A stretch of DNA of 64,000 nt from the human T2T-CHM13v2.0 reference genome, Homo sapiens: NCBI RefSeq assembly GCF_009914755.1, contig NC_060929.1; one strand, written 5' to 3'. A model generated the notes under the pieces. That model did no database searches, had not been told where the DNA came from, and saw only the letters and a list, made by a program, of their open reading frames with translations. This document shows positions 54,825 through 64,000 of the stretch, in pieces; the first letter of the stretch is position 1; every line of letters begins with the position of its first letter. The position numbers and the translations under genes were made by a program.

Positions 54825-55259
54825 ATGGCCACTCTGCTGCGGAAGATCGGGCTCATCCGCCTGCATAACCGGGACACCGAGGACCCCAAGCACCACCACA
54901 ACCACCGCGGCGGCGGCCAGCAGAGCGCGTCTCTGCGCGGCAAGGGCGGCGCCAAGAGCGGCGGCCACAAGCAACAGCAGCAGCTGCAGCAGCAGCAGCA
55001 GCACCCCGGGGGCGCGGGCGACGCCAGCCCGGGACCCGGCAAGGGAAAGGGCAAGCGCGCGGCGGAGCTGGCCCCGCGCGACAAGGCGCCGGCGGCTGCG
55101 GCGGCGGCGGCGGCGGCGGCGGCGGGGGCCGGGGGCCCCCGCGAGAGGGCAGCGGGCGCCAGGGCGGGGCCGGGCCCGGCGGTGGCGGCGGCGGCGGGCG
55201 GCAGCCTGGTCCCCGCGGCGCGCCAGCAACACTGCACGCAGGTGCGCAGCCGGCGGCTC
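54825..55259 (+). CDS. UBE2QL1: Putative 145-aa in-frame N-terminal extension of UBE2QL1
   Basis: AAAATGG (A at -3, G at +4) at 54825; no stop before 55260; ends ...QVRSRRL immediately before MKELQDI. Confidence 0.65.
54972..55001 (+). repeat. CAG-rich tract (QQQQLQQQQQ)
   Basis: CAA CAG CAG CAG CTG (CAG)5. Confidence 0.9.
55092..55124 (+). repeat. GCG repeat encoding 11 Ala in the extended frame
   Basis: GCG GCT then nine uninterrupted GCG (55098-55124). Confidence 0.92.
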
Positions 55260-55613
55260 ATGAAGGAGCTGCAGGACATCGCGCGCCTTAGCGACCGCTT
55301 CATCTCCGTGGAGCTGGTGGACGAGAGCCTGTTCGACTGGAACGTGAAGCTGCACCAGGTGGACAAGGACTCGGTGCTGTGGCAGGACATGAAGGAGACC
55401 AACACCGAGTTCATCCTGCTCAACCTCACCTTCCCCGACAACTTCCCCTTCTCGCCGCCCTTCATGCGGGTGCTCAGCCCGCGCCTGGAGAACGGCTACG
55501 TGCTGGACGGCGGCGCCATCTGCATGGAGCTGCTCACGCCGCGCGGCTGGTCCAGCGCCTACACCGTGGAGGCCGTCATGCGCCAGTTCGCAGCCAGCCT
55601 GGTCAAGGGCCAG
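55260..55613 (+). CDS. UBE2QL1: UBE2QL1 first coding exon from the conventional ATG (118 codons; UBC-domain E2 enzyme of the UBE2Q family)
   Basis: MKELQDIARLSDRFISVELVDESLFDWNVKLHQVDKDS...FPDNFPFSPPFMRVLSPRLENGYVLDGGAICMELLTPRGWSSAYTVEAVMRQFAASLVKGQ matches UBE2QL1 as I recall it; active-site Cys at 55521-55523 (residue 88); exon ends at CAG|GTAAGG. Confidence 0.95.
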
Positions 55614-55619
55614 GTAAGG
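55611..55619 (+). other. UBE2QL1: Splice donor of UBE2QL1 intron 1 (phase 0); intron runs past the window end
   Basis: CAG|GTAAGG; protein similarity ends here; no exon encoding the remaining C-terminus seen in 55614-64000. Confidence 0.9.
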
Positions 55620-55769
55620 CGAGCGCGCCGGGGCTGGGGGCGCGGGGCCGAGATCGGGTCTGCAGCGCCGCCGGGCGCCCGGGCCCCGTGGTGAGGGCCA
55701 GCGCCGGCCCCTCCGGCCATCTCGCTCCCTGCTCTGACTACACCAGCGCCCCACGGGGATGCTCCGAGC

Positions 55770-56160
55770 GCCTCCACCTCTTTTCCCTGAGCGTTTTCTT
55801 CCTGCCCCTGCTTTCCGTCCCGTCTCTCCCGTCCCCGTCTGGTCTCAGTCTCTGCCCGTCTCTCTGGTATCGGTCTCTGCCGTCTCTCTGGTCTCTCTAG
55901 CTTGCTCATTCTCTCCTCATCCCTTCATAGTTCTCTTCCATCCCTCTTCCTTAGCCTCCCTCTCCCATACCCTCCTCTCCCTTTCCTCCTGGACTCTTTC
56001 TCCTCTCACCCCTTTCTCTGTCCCCCCATCTATTCCCACCCCCGTTCCTTTTTCATTTTTTCCTTCTCCACCCTCCCTGGCTCCCCTACTCTTCTTTCCC
56101 CTCCGTCTCACCTTTTCTCGCCCCTCTCTTGTCTGCTCCTCAATCTCCTGTCCCTATAAT
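55770..56160. repeat. Pyrimidine-rich low-complexity tract at start of intron 1
   Basis: ~390 bp dominated by C and T. Confidence 0.85.
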
Positions 56161-59100
56161 CTCTATGAAGGTGAGAACTTTTTCTGGACCTCAGGATTTA
56201 AGTGTCCAACCTAGCTGATCTCCCACCTCCCCAACCCCCCCCCCACACACACACACACAAGGCTCCTCCGCAGGGGACTCGGGTGGGAGATCTGCAGGTG
56301 GGTGCCGTGGGGAGGGACAGCTGCCTGCTTGTAAATCCGCCCCCTGCCTTCTTCTGGGCTGCCTCTCCTGGAAAGGTGGAAATTTTGCTCTTGGGAACTC
56401 ACTCTAGAGAGGCGGCGGTGTGGTTTGGGCATTCCCTTAAGAGACAAGACCAGACCCACCCCCCCCACGGCAATGCCTGTTTTCCCCTCAGAGCACCCCC
56501 TTCCTTCCCCGAACCCCTTAGGACCACCACCTCTGGGGTAGACGTTCCAGGTCTTGGTCTCTTTCAGACCTGCTTCTTTTTCTTCATCCCCTTACCTCAC
56601 TGCCCCAAGCAGTTAAATCCTTTATCAGGGCTAAAGATTTTAACGAAATACGAAACGAAGGGCCAAACAGTTCTCCTGAGCCTTCTCACCTATTGCATCA
56701 GATGGCAGCTTTACGCAAAGAAACCCCAAAGTACTTGAGAGCAGGGTGAGTGCGTGATGGTGTTATCTGCTCGAATTATATGCTGTCGACTGCGGTTGAG
56801 TTCTCTGGTGTTTTCCTGAATCAATATTAAGCATTACTTAAGAAAATTACATTGCTGTGTGGGCATCTTTTAGATTTATGAAAAAATCATCGTTTTCTTT
56901 AAAAGACCCCAAATGACCTCGGCTTGATCTTTCTACAGGCGGCCTATCAGAAGCCATCACTTCTTCCCTGCCTGGCACTTTCACTGCAGGCTCTTTCACA
57001 CTAATCAAATAATGCTTGTTCTGCCAATTTCACTAAAGCTGGAACCCCTGGGATTCCAAACAAATAGCATCCTAACTCCAGCAGAGAAGGTCAGGTAATT
57101 CCTGACCCATCCTGCCAGTCCTTCTTTTCTAAGGTTTAGGTTCCACACATTTCCCGAGTTAGAAATAGCATAGGTGTAACAACTCTAGAAAAACACCTTC
57201 AGCTGAGGGAGGCTTAGTGCTTTAATATCAGAGGTTTATTTTCCATCCTGCAGTTACATGTTGAGTCTGATGAAAGGTTCATGTGATAGAATGCAAGCAT
57301 GGGGGGTAGGGGATCTCAGTTTTATTTTTCAAACAGGATTTATACAAATGAAGTGGAAGAATTCTTTGCAGAAATGCCTTGGTTATTTGCTTCTTGAATC
57401 ATTGCTAATCAGAATTCTTTGGAACAGTCTGTTATTGTTTTTCATTCTTCGCAATGAAGATGACATTGGGGATCAGGGGAAGAGGAATGTGTATTCCCTT
57501 CTGGGATCACAGAGTCCTAACATTTTAGACTTGGAAGAGATCTTAGAGATGAACTGGACCACTGCCTATATTTTGAAAGATGCGAGAAAACAAAGGTTTG
57601 AAATGAGAAATGGGGATTTTTTTTTTTTAAGAGAGAGAGGGACCTCAGGAAATTAAATGTTTCCTATTTCTACATTAATGCTGTGTATAATAATAATTCC
57701 TTTGGTGCCCATATGCCAAGCGGCAATATAGCAATGGGCAATATATAAAATACACGGGTCCTTGTAAGTATATTTTCTTTTCTCTGTATTTAAAATTGAG
57801 ATTCTAACGTACAGTTTGCAAGTGAGAGATTTCTTTATTGAAAGTAATTATCAACTTTTTCATTTCTTACTTTGATAAAATCCTAACTGAACCCATTGCC
57901 CTCCACCTAGCATGTCATGTTATGTTGTCTATTCCACATCTAAATAGAGGCAAAATCTCAGCACTTTTTAAAGTGCAAGTTCAATTTCTTTGCATTTTTT
58001 CATGCTGCTTCCAACATACAGCTGTCTAAGAGAGGGTAATGTGTGGCATACATAAAATATTCAAAATGCAATGAAAGAAAGGAAGAAATGAATAGTCATT
58101 AATGTTTTAGGATTCTGTGCACAAAAGGATTCTGATGGTGTTTCAGGTAACCTGAGGTTGATTGTCTCTTTATGTACTTTTGCAAATTCACTACCTACTG
58201 GTTGTTCAGAGCACATATGGTAGTTACCAAATTATTTCCTCAGTTAGAGGTAATATGCTTTGGGAAAGCAATCAAAATACCTGATTAGGTATTCAAGGAG
58301 AACTGGGACAGCTACCAAACCGATAATTACTTTAAAAGGGAGAGTCGTTATATTCTAGTTATGTTCTGATACTTCTCGGGATTTCTTTTTTAGGATGCAT
58401 TTTCATAAGCTGCAGAGTTAGAAAAGGCTGGTTTGCTTCTTTTATAGAGGAAAACATTCACTGCTCAGCTGAACTTTGTGAATTGAGGATACGCTGTTTC
58501 TATACTTCTAGAGAAATTGTAAAACAATTTTAAGAGTTTTGTGTGTAACATAAAAATATCTGCTTAACAGTTTTGTGTACAATAAAAAGCTTAGGTTTAT
58601 CACATCATATGATAAATTCAGTCATTTCGTGAGGCTTTTAAGAGACTCTCTGGCCTGTGTTACCAAAATCTCTTGCATGTTGCTGTCTGAATTCTGGTTG
58701 TCTTAAATTAAATTAATATATAAATTTCCTCTATGATATATTCTATGTAGAAATAATGATATACATATCTTCCCCCTTTGTCTATTACTAAACCCTCTTT
58801 TGACTAGAGGCATTTTTAGGTAACTCTTAGTTTTTTATAATTGGATTTTAAAACTCTGTACTTTTAGAATGAACTGGTGAAAATGTTAAAAGTATACTTT
58901 TAGATAATTATTTGCATCCTTTATTAGTTACTGAACCAAAAGAATACAACCCACAGCTCCAGTGTAAGATTTTTGCCTTTCAAAAGCTGGAAGATGTTGG
59001 TTTTGAAATGAAAGTAGCCTGTAATCCCAGCACAGTGCTTGCACCTAGTAGGTAGCTTAACCTACAAAAACTGCATTTTCGGACTCTGTAAACCTAGACA

Positions 59101-59441
59101 AAGTAGCATCAGCATTGGGGAATGCTGGCCATGAAGAGTGCCAGAGTTTACTGGCTTCCACTCCAGGCTTGGAGCGTGGGACGATCGCGTGACTGGCCAG
59201 GGACCTTGTTCTGTCAGTTGTGTGTGCAGCAGCAGGGTCCCCAAAAGCTGCTTGATGGTGCACTGACTCAGAGCCCTGCTTTCACTGTGGCTCGCCTCCT
59301 GAGTGTCCCCTTTTTAGTTAATTAGGCATCGCCAGGGGCAGGGAACCAAATGGCAATTGAGTGACAATTCCTCACTCCTCTCCTGGCCCCTCAGAGCCAA
59401 CCATACAATTCGGCATGCACACAGTGTTGGTAATAATAACT

Positions 59442-59460
59442 GCAGCAGCAGCAGCAGCAG
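59442..59460. repeat. Short (GCA)n repeat
   Basis: gcagcagcagcagcagcag. Confidence 0.85.
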
Positions 59461-60254
59461 GAAGCATTTCCTACTTGCTTGTGCCAAACTCTGGGCCAGC
59501 AGAGAACATAGGATGTTTGAGGATGTTTGAATCTCCCTGGTTCTGCTCTTTTGATGGTCGTTGTACAGGTGAGGAAACTGTAGTTTCACAGAGTCAGGTG
59601 GAGTTTATACAGCCACATGCTCTCATAACAGCTCATGAGTGGCAAGGCTCTGAAATTTCATCAGCATGAGTAAAAGCTGTTGGAAATGGCAGTCGGGCCA
59701 GGTGCCATCCAAGCACCTTGCTGTTTCCAGGCAGTCGTTTATTAACTGTGACCATTGTGATAATCCTTTCTATCCACAGAGAAGAGCTGCTCAGCCAGCC
59801 ATCCGCAAAAGATTCACAGAACATCAGGACTAAAGCATCCTTGAGTCTTAACTGTTTGAATTTAAAATTGGAAAGCAATTTCAGGACAAGTTCTGTTTGC
59901 CTGACAGTTTCTGGATGTTTTTTAATAAAGGAAACTTGTCTAAGTGTAAGGAAACAGTAAAGGGCTCTGCAGCTCAGCTTTGTGAAATGATATGCAGTGA
60001 TGTCACTAAAATCCACCTTAGGTCTGAGAGGGGGCCACACCATGGTGTCACTGGGAAGCACAAGTGCACACACATGTGCACACACACACACACACAGAGA
60101 CATACATAAAGCCCATCTTCCAAAATACTAGGCCTAGAAATAGCACTTTACTTATGACTGTAAAACCAGCAGTCTCATCAGAAAGAGTGACAAAGATGAA
60201 CAGCCTGTTGGGCTCCTAAAATCTGTGGGCTTCTAACCGGCTATAACACAGAGA

Positions 60255-60544
60255 TTTTTTTTGAGACAGGGTCCCCTCTATCACCCAGGCTGGAGTGCAG
60301 TGGCATGATCATTGTTCACTGTAATCTTTAATTCCTGGGCTCAAGCAATCCTCCCATCTCAGCCTCCCAAGTAGTTGGGACTACAGGTGCACACCACTTT
60401 GCCCAGCTAATTTTGTTTATTTTTTGTAGAGATAGGGGTCTCACTATGTTGCCCAGCTGGTCTCAAATTCCTGGGCTCAAGCAGTCCTCCCACCTCGGCC
60501 TCCCAGAGTATTGGGATTACAGGTGTGAGCCACCTCACCCAGCC
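60255..60544 (-). mobile_element. AluJ
   Basis: Antisense Alu with J-type 'ctgggctcaagcaatcctccc'. Confidence 0.92.
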
Positions 60545-60571
60545 GTACAACACACAAAATGTTTAAAGGCC

Positions 60572-60913
60572 CTGTATTAGGTTGCTGGGGCTGCCATAAC
60601 AGAGGACCTGGAAGTCCAAGATCAAGGTGTCAGCAGGGCTCATTTCTCCTGAGTCCTGCCTGCTTGGCTTGTAGATGCTGTGTCCTCCCTGTGTCCTCAC
60701 ATGACCTTCCTTCTGTGTGTGTCTGTGTCCTAATCTCCTCTTCGTGTAAGAACACAGTCAGATTGGATTAGGGCCCATCCTCCTGACCTGACTTTAACTT
60801 AATTACCTCTTAAAAACCCTGTCTCCAAATAAGGTCACCCTCTGAGATGCTGTGGGTTAGGGGTTCACCATGTACCTTGGTGAAGGGAGGAGAAACAATT
60901 CAGCCCATAACAC
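60572..60913 (-). mobile_element. MaLR LTR (MLT1A/B-like)
   Basis: 'tgtattaggttgctggggctgccataaca...gaagtccaagatcaaggtgtcagcaggg...acaattcagcccataaca'. Confidence 0.85.
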
Positions 60914-61890
60914 AACCAAACAGGCATTTCTTAACCAGTTGCTCATCTTGTTTCTGCAACTGCTGTGCTAGTTTGAAAAGCAGTAGATGAAGCCACACGG
61001 AGGGAGGCACTGGATGGAGAATGTTGCCCGCAGCTTTGAGCAGAGAGATGGCTGCACACCCGGAGGGAAGCTAGAACAGCCTAGAGCAAAAATAGTGACT
61101 GGCAGGGGTGGGTAACGCCATCTGATTCGTCCAGGGAGACGTGGATTTTTGGTAGCGTGCTTATGAGTCACTGTGTTGTGTCCTGCACTGTGTACAGGGC
61201 ACGGAGATTATTGCCACCACCGATGACTGTGCAGCTTGAGGTATCGATACACTGGACTGTTCAGAGGAAAAAATAGCTACTTGTTCTTCTATCAAGTAGG
61301 GCAGGCAGGAGGACACAGGCAGGACTGCATCCTAAAAATAGCCCCACACCCGCTTGGAGAGCTCCAGCAGCTCAGCCTGGGGTGCATGGGGCAGCTCCTG
61401 GTAGAAGCTACTTTTACTTCACCATGAGACTTTGAGAATCTGAACTTGCAGGAAGAGGGTTGTAGTGTATTTTTGTATACTTTTCTGATTTCCCTTAAGC
61501 GATGGGGGAGATTGGGTTTTCTCTGTAAGGACAGTGTAGGTTCATGGCTGTTTCTTAGTGGAATGTGCCCATGTGGACACTAAGCTGAAGTCTGAATGAA
61601 GGCCTGACACCCACAACCTGGTCAGTGTCTCCCTTCTCATCGTCAGGAAGAGACTCGTCCACACCCAGGTTTAGAAGGAAGGCAGCCTCACTAGTACCAT
61701 GTCAGAGGCAGATAAGACACCAGCAGAAATGGCTTTTATAGTTCAGGAAACAAAACAGACACTTGTGGCAGGGATTTTGAGCCCCACTTTGGAGCTCCTA
61801 GAATCAGAGGTTGTTGCTGCCCTAGATGTGTTGATGTAGTCGGGAGGGGAGAGGACGGCTGGCCACAAGTGTTAGTCCTTTCTTCTCTGC

Positions 61891-62066
61891 CAGTGGTTCC
61901 CAACCCTGGCAGCACATTAGATGCCCTGAGGAGTGTGCAGATTATTTCAGTACCAGGGCTGTCCCCTCAAAGACTCAGACTTTGTGGTCTAGGATCAGGC
62001 CCTGACAGAGGCTGGTCCAAAGAGCTCCTCATGATTCTAATGGGCAGCCCGGGTTGGAAAAGCTGC
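61891..62066. mobile_element. MER5-family hAT-Charlie element
   Basis: 'cagtggttcccaaccctggcagcacattaga...gattctaatgggcagcccgggttggaaa'. Confidence 0.7.
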
Positions 62067-63384
62067 CTGACGCTGGCCATGGTCCACCTCCTCCCTCCCC
62101 ACCCATCTGGCAGACACAGCCCCACCCACCAGTAACCACAGCCCAGAGCTTCAGAAGTGGTGATAATTAATCCCCCCAACCTCCCCACCCCACCTGGCTC
62201 ACACTCCCTGTCCTAGGTCAACCCTGACTCAGCACCTTCAAAGCCCGACTTCTGTAGAGATGCCATCCTAAAGCCAGCCTTCCTCCCTGGACTGCTTATG
62301 TAGACTACGAGGGAGTGTAAACCCTGAAAAAGAAAATGTAGGGATGATTCCCTCCACCCTCGATGAGACGCAGCTGCGGAGGGTGGTGTGAGCAGACCCT
62401 CCAGAGCCGTGGCTGACAAATTAATACAGCACGGGAATCGAGTGCCTCCCGTCATGCAGGAACTTCCTAGGCATCATTGGGGGATCAGATACACATCAAG
62501 TGCCTGCCACAGGGAACGTACCCTCTAATGGGGAGAAGACAAAACCCTTCACATTTGCTTTTGACGTGCCAAGTGGCTTCACAAGTATCTTTTTGTTAAT
62601 ATTTAGGAAATATCCATGGATCTGACAATAGACAGTGGCCTGGGTATATAGTGGGGACATGGGCACAGTGGGGTCCTGGGATCAGCAGGGTCTTCAGAAA
62701 TTCCAAGTGATGTTCTTAGAGGAAACACTCTACTTAAGGGTGATTGAGACTCGACATTAACATGGGGCATTAGTCACTCAGTGTTTTTTGGAATACGGTT
62801 TCATTGCTGATAAATGGAAAGGCCAGGCATGCCCCCACACTGACCAAGAAGTTGTAGTAATGGCAGAAATGTTTCCGGTAATGTCTACACTTTCCTACTC
62901 AGTAAGTCGGCAAGCTAAGCTAAGGTTTAATTGTTCAGTTATTTTCTCATTGTTACACACATCATTCATTCATTCACTGAGCACTGTAGTGACGTTGCCC
63001 TTGGCATTCCCATGACGACCCTTCCCCATTCTGCGTAACGTCTGCGACCCTCCCCTGGTCCTCTCCCTGGCCTGCTAATCCCACAAGGCTGGGAGGAAAC
63101 CAGCTGAGTGGGAGGACCAAGGACACCGGACTGGGAGAGCAGATTTGGGACCAATCAGGTGGCAGAGGATTGTGAGATGAGGGCAGGTGTGTCTGCAGAA
63201 GCCAGAAGAAGCTGCCCGACCTTGCCCCTTACCTGGCCAGCAGGGCTGGGCATGGTCAGGGAGCCACACTCACCGAGCCTCTTCTATTCCTATTCTTCAG
63301 TGCTAGGCTCTCCTCTCCCGCTCTCTTCCTCTCCAGCCCTGTGCTCCTGCCTCGTGGGTGCCTGTCCTCTGCTTGGATTCCTGC

Positions 63385-63990
63385 AGTGCCCCCATCCAGT
63401 CTCTCTGTCCCTGTCCATCCTCCCTGATGCCACCTACATGGCTCCTCTAAAATGCAGACCTAGCTTTATCACATCTGGTTATGAACCTTATGAAATAGAG
63501 CTCAAGTTTCCCAGCACTGTACAGCCATGATGGCATTCCTGCATCCGCCACAGCCCCCACTGAGGCTCCTCTTCCACCAGCCCCTTCTGCCTGGAAGCCC
63601 CTCTTGCCCATCTTCACCAGGTGAGTCCCTGGCCATCCTTAAAAACCCTGCCCAGATGCCCCAACTTCTCTGCAAACAGCTCCTCAACCACTCCTTCAAT
63701 AAAAGCGATGACTTCCTCCTCTGAACTGCGGAGGAGGAAGCTCGGCATTGTTTAGAAAAAGTTCATTTCTGTGCTTATCCTGCCAGTTTACATAATTACA
63801 ACTGTATTGCCCTTTCTCTTTGCTAAATGTCCAACACTTTGTTTGTGCCAAATAGATGTTTGCCACAAGATCTGTTTCCCTGAGCAGACTCCCCATCCTC
63901 TTCATTTTGCCCCTTCTTGCGATGCAAGAAGTGCTTACTGTGGGTCAGCTGCTGTGCAGAATGCTTAATGTGAATGATTTGATTAAATCC
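63385..63990. mobile_element. L2 LINE fragments (degenerate)
   Basis: 'ctaaaatgcagacct...ttctgcctggaagcccctctt...' and terminal 'aatgcttaatgtgaatgatt' resemble L2 3' region. Confidence 0.45.
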
Positions 63991-64000
63991 TTGTAGCAGC

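Larger units (their letters stand above)
53500..55780. promoter_or_regulatory. UBE2QL1: CpG island / promoter of UBE2QL1
   Basis: Very high GC and CpG density over ~2.2 kb; GC boxes (CCCCGCCCC at ~54064); overlaps the first coding exon. Confidence 0.93.

Noticed and set aside
55614-55694. C-terminal VRRARRGWG... part of the 577-aa ORF
   Set aside because: Read-through into intron 1 past the GTAAGG donor
53957-55754. Long antisense ORFs (502 aa and 376 aa) over the island
   Set aside because: Shadow ORFs from extreme GC content and codon bias of the sense exon; no recognisable domain

Overview
Primate (most likely human) genomic DNA. The first ~53 kb is repeat-rich intergenic sequence: many Alus (several with clear target-site duplications), MaLR/ERVL LTRs, old L1 fragments, hAT-Charlie MER elements, micro- and minisatellites. 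At ~53.5-55.8 kb a strong CpG island contains the first coding exon of UBE2QL1 (ubiquitin-conjugating enzyme E2Q-like 1, + strand), followed by the start of intron 1; the last coding exon is not in the window. The most interesting observation is that the UBE2QL1 frame is open well upstream of the start I recall as annotated in human (MKELQD..., weak Kozak context). An in-frame ATG in strong Kozak context at 54825 would add 145 residues (MATLLRKIGLIRLH..., poly-Gln, poly-Ala) and restore the first helix of the UBC fold; two uORFs lie upstream of it. Other oddities: a 12-bp minisatellite with 14 AGGTCA half-sites, a 1.4-kb G-poor CA-rich array next to the promoter, a probable templated insertion, an ERV-L gag relic and nested transposon insertions. 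Repeat subfamily names and the gene identity come from recall of consensus sequences, not from a search. I found no evidence for a novel multi-gene system.
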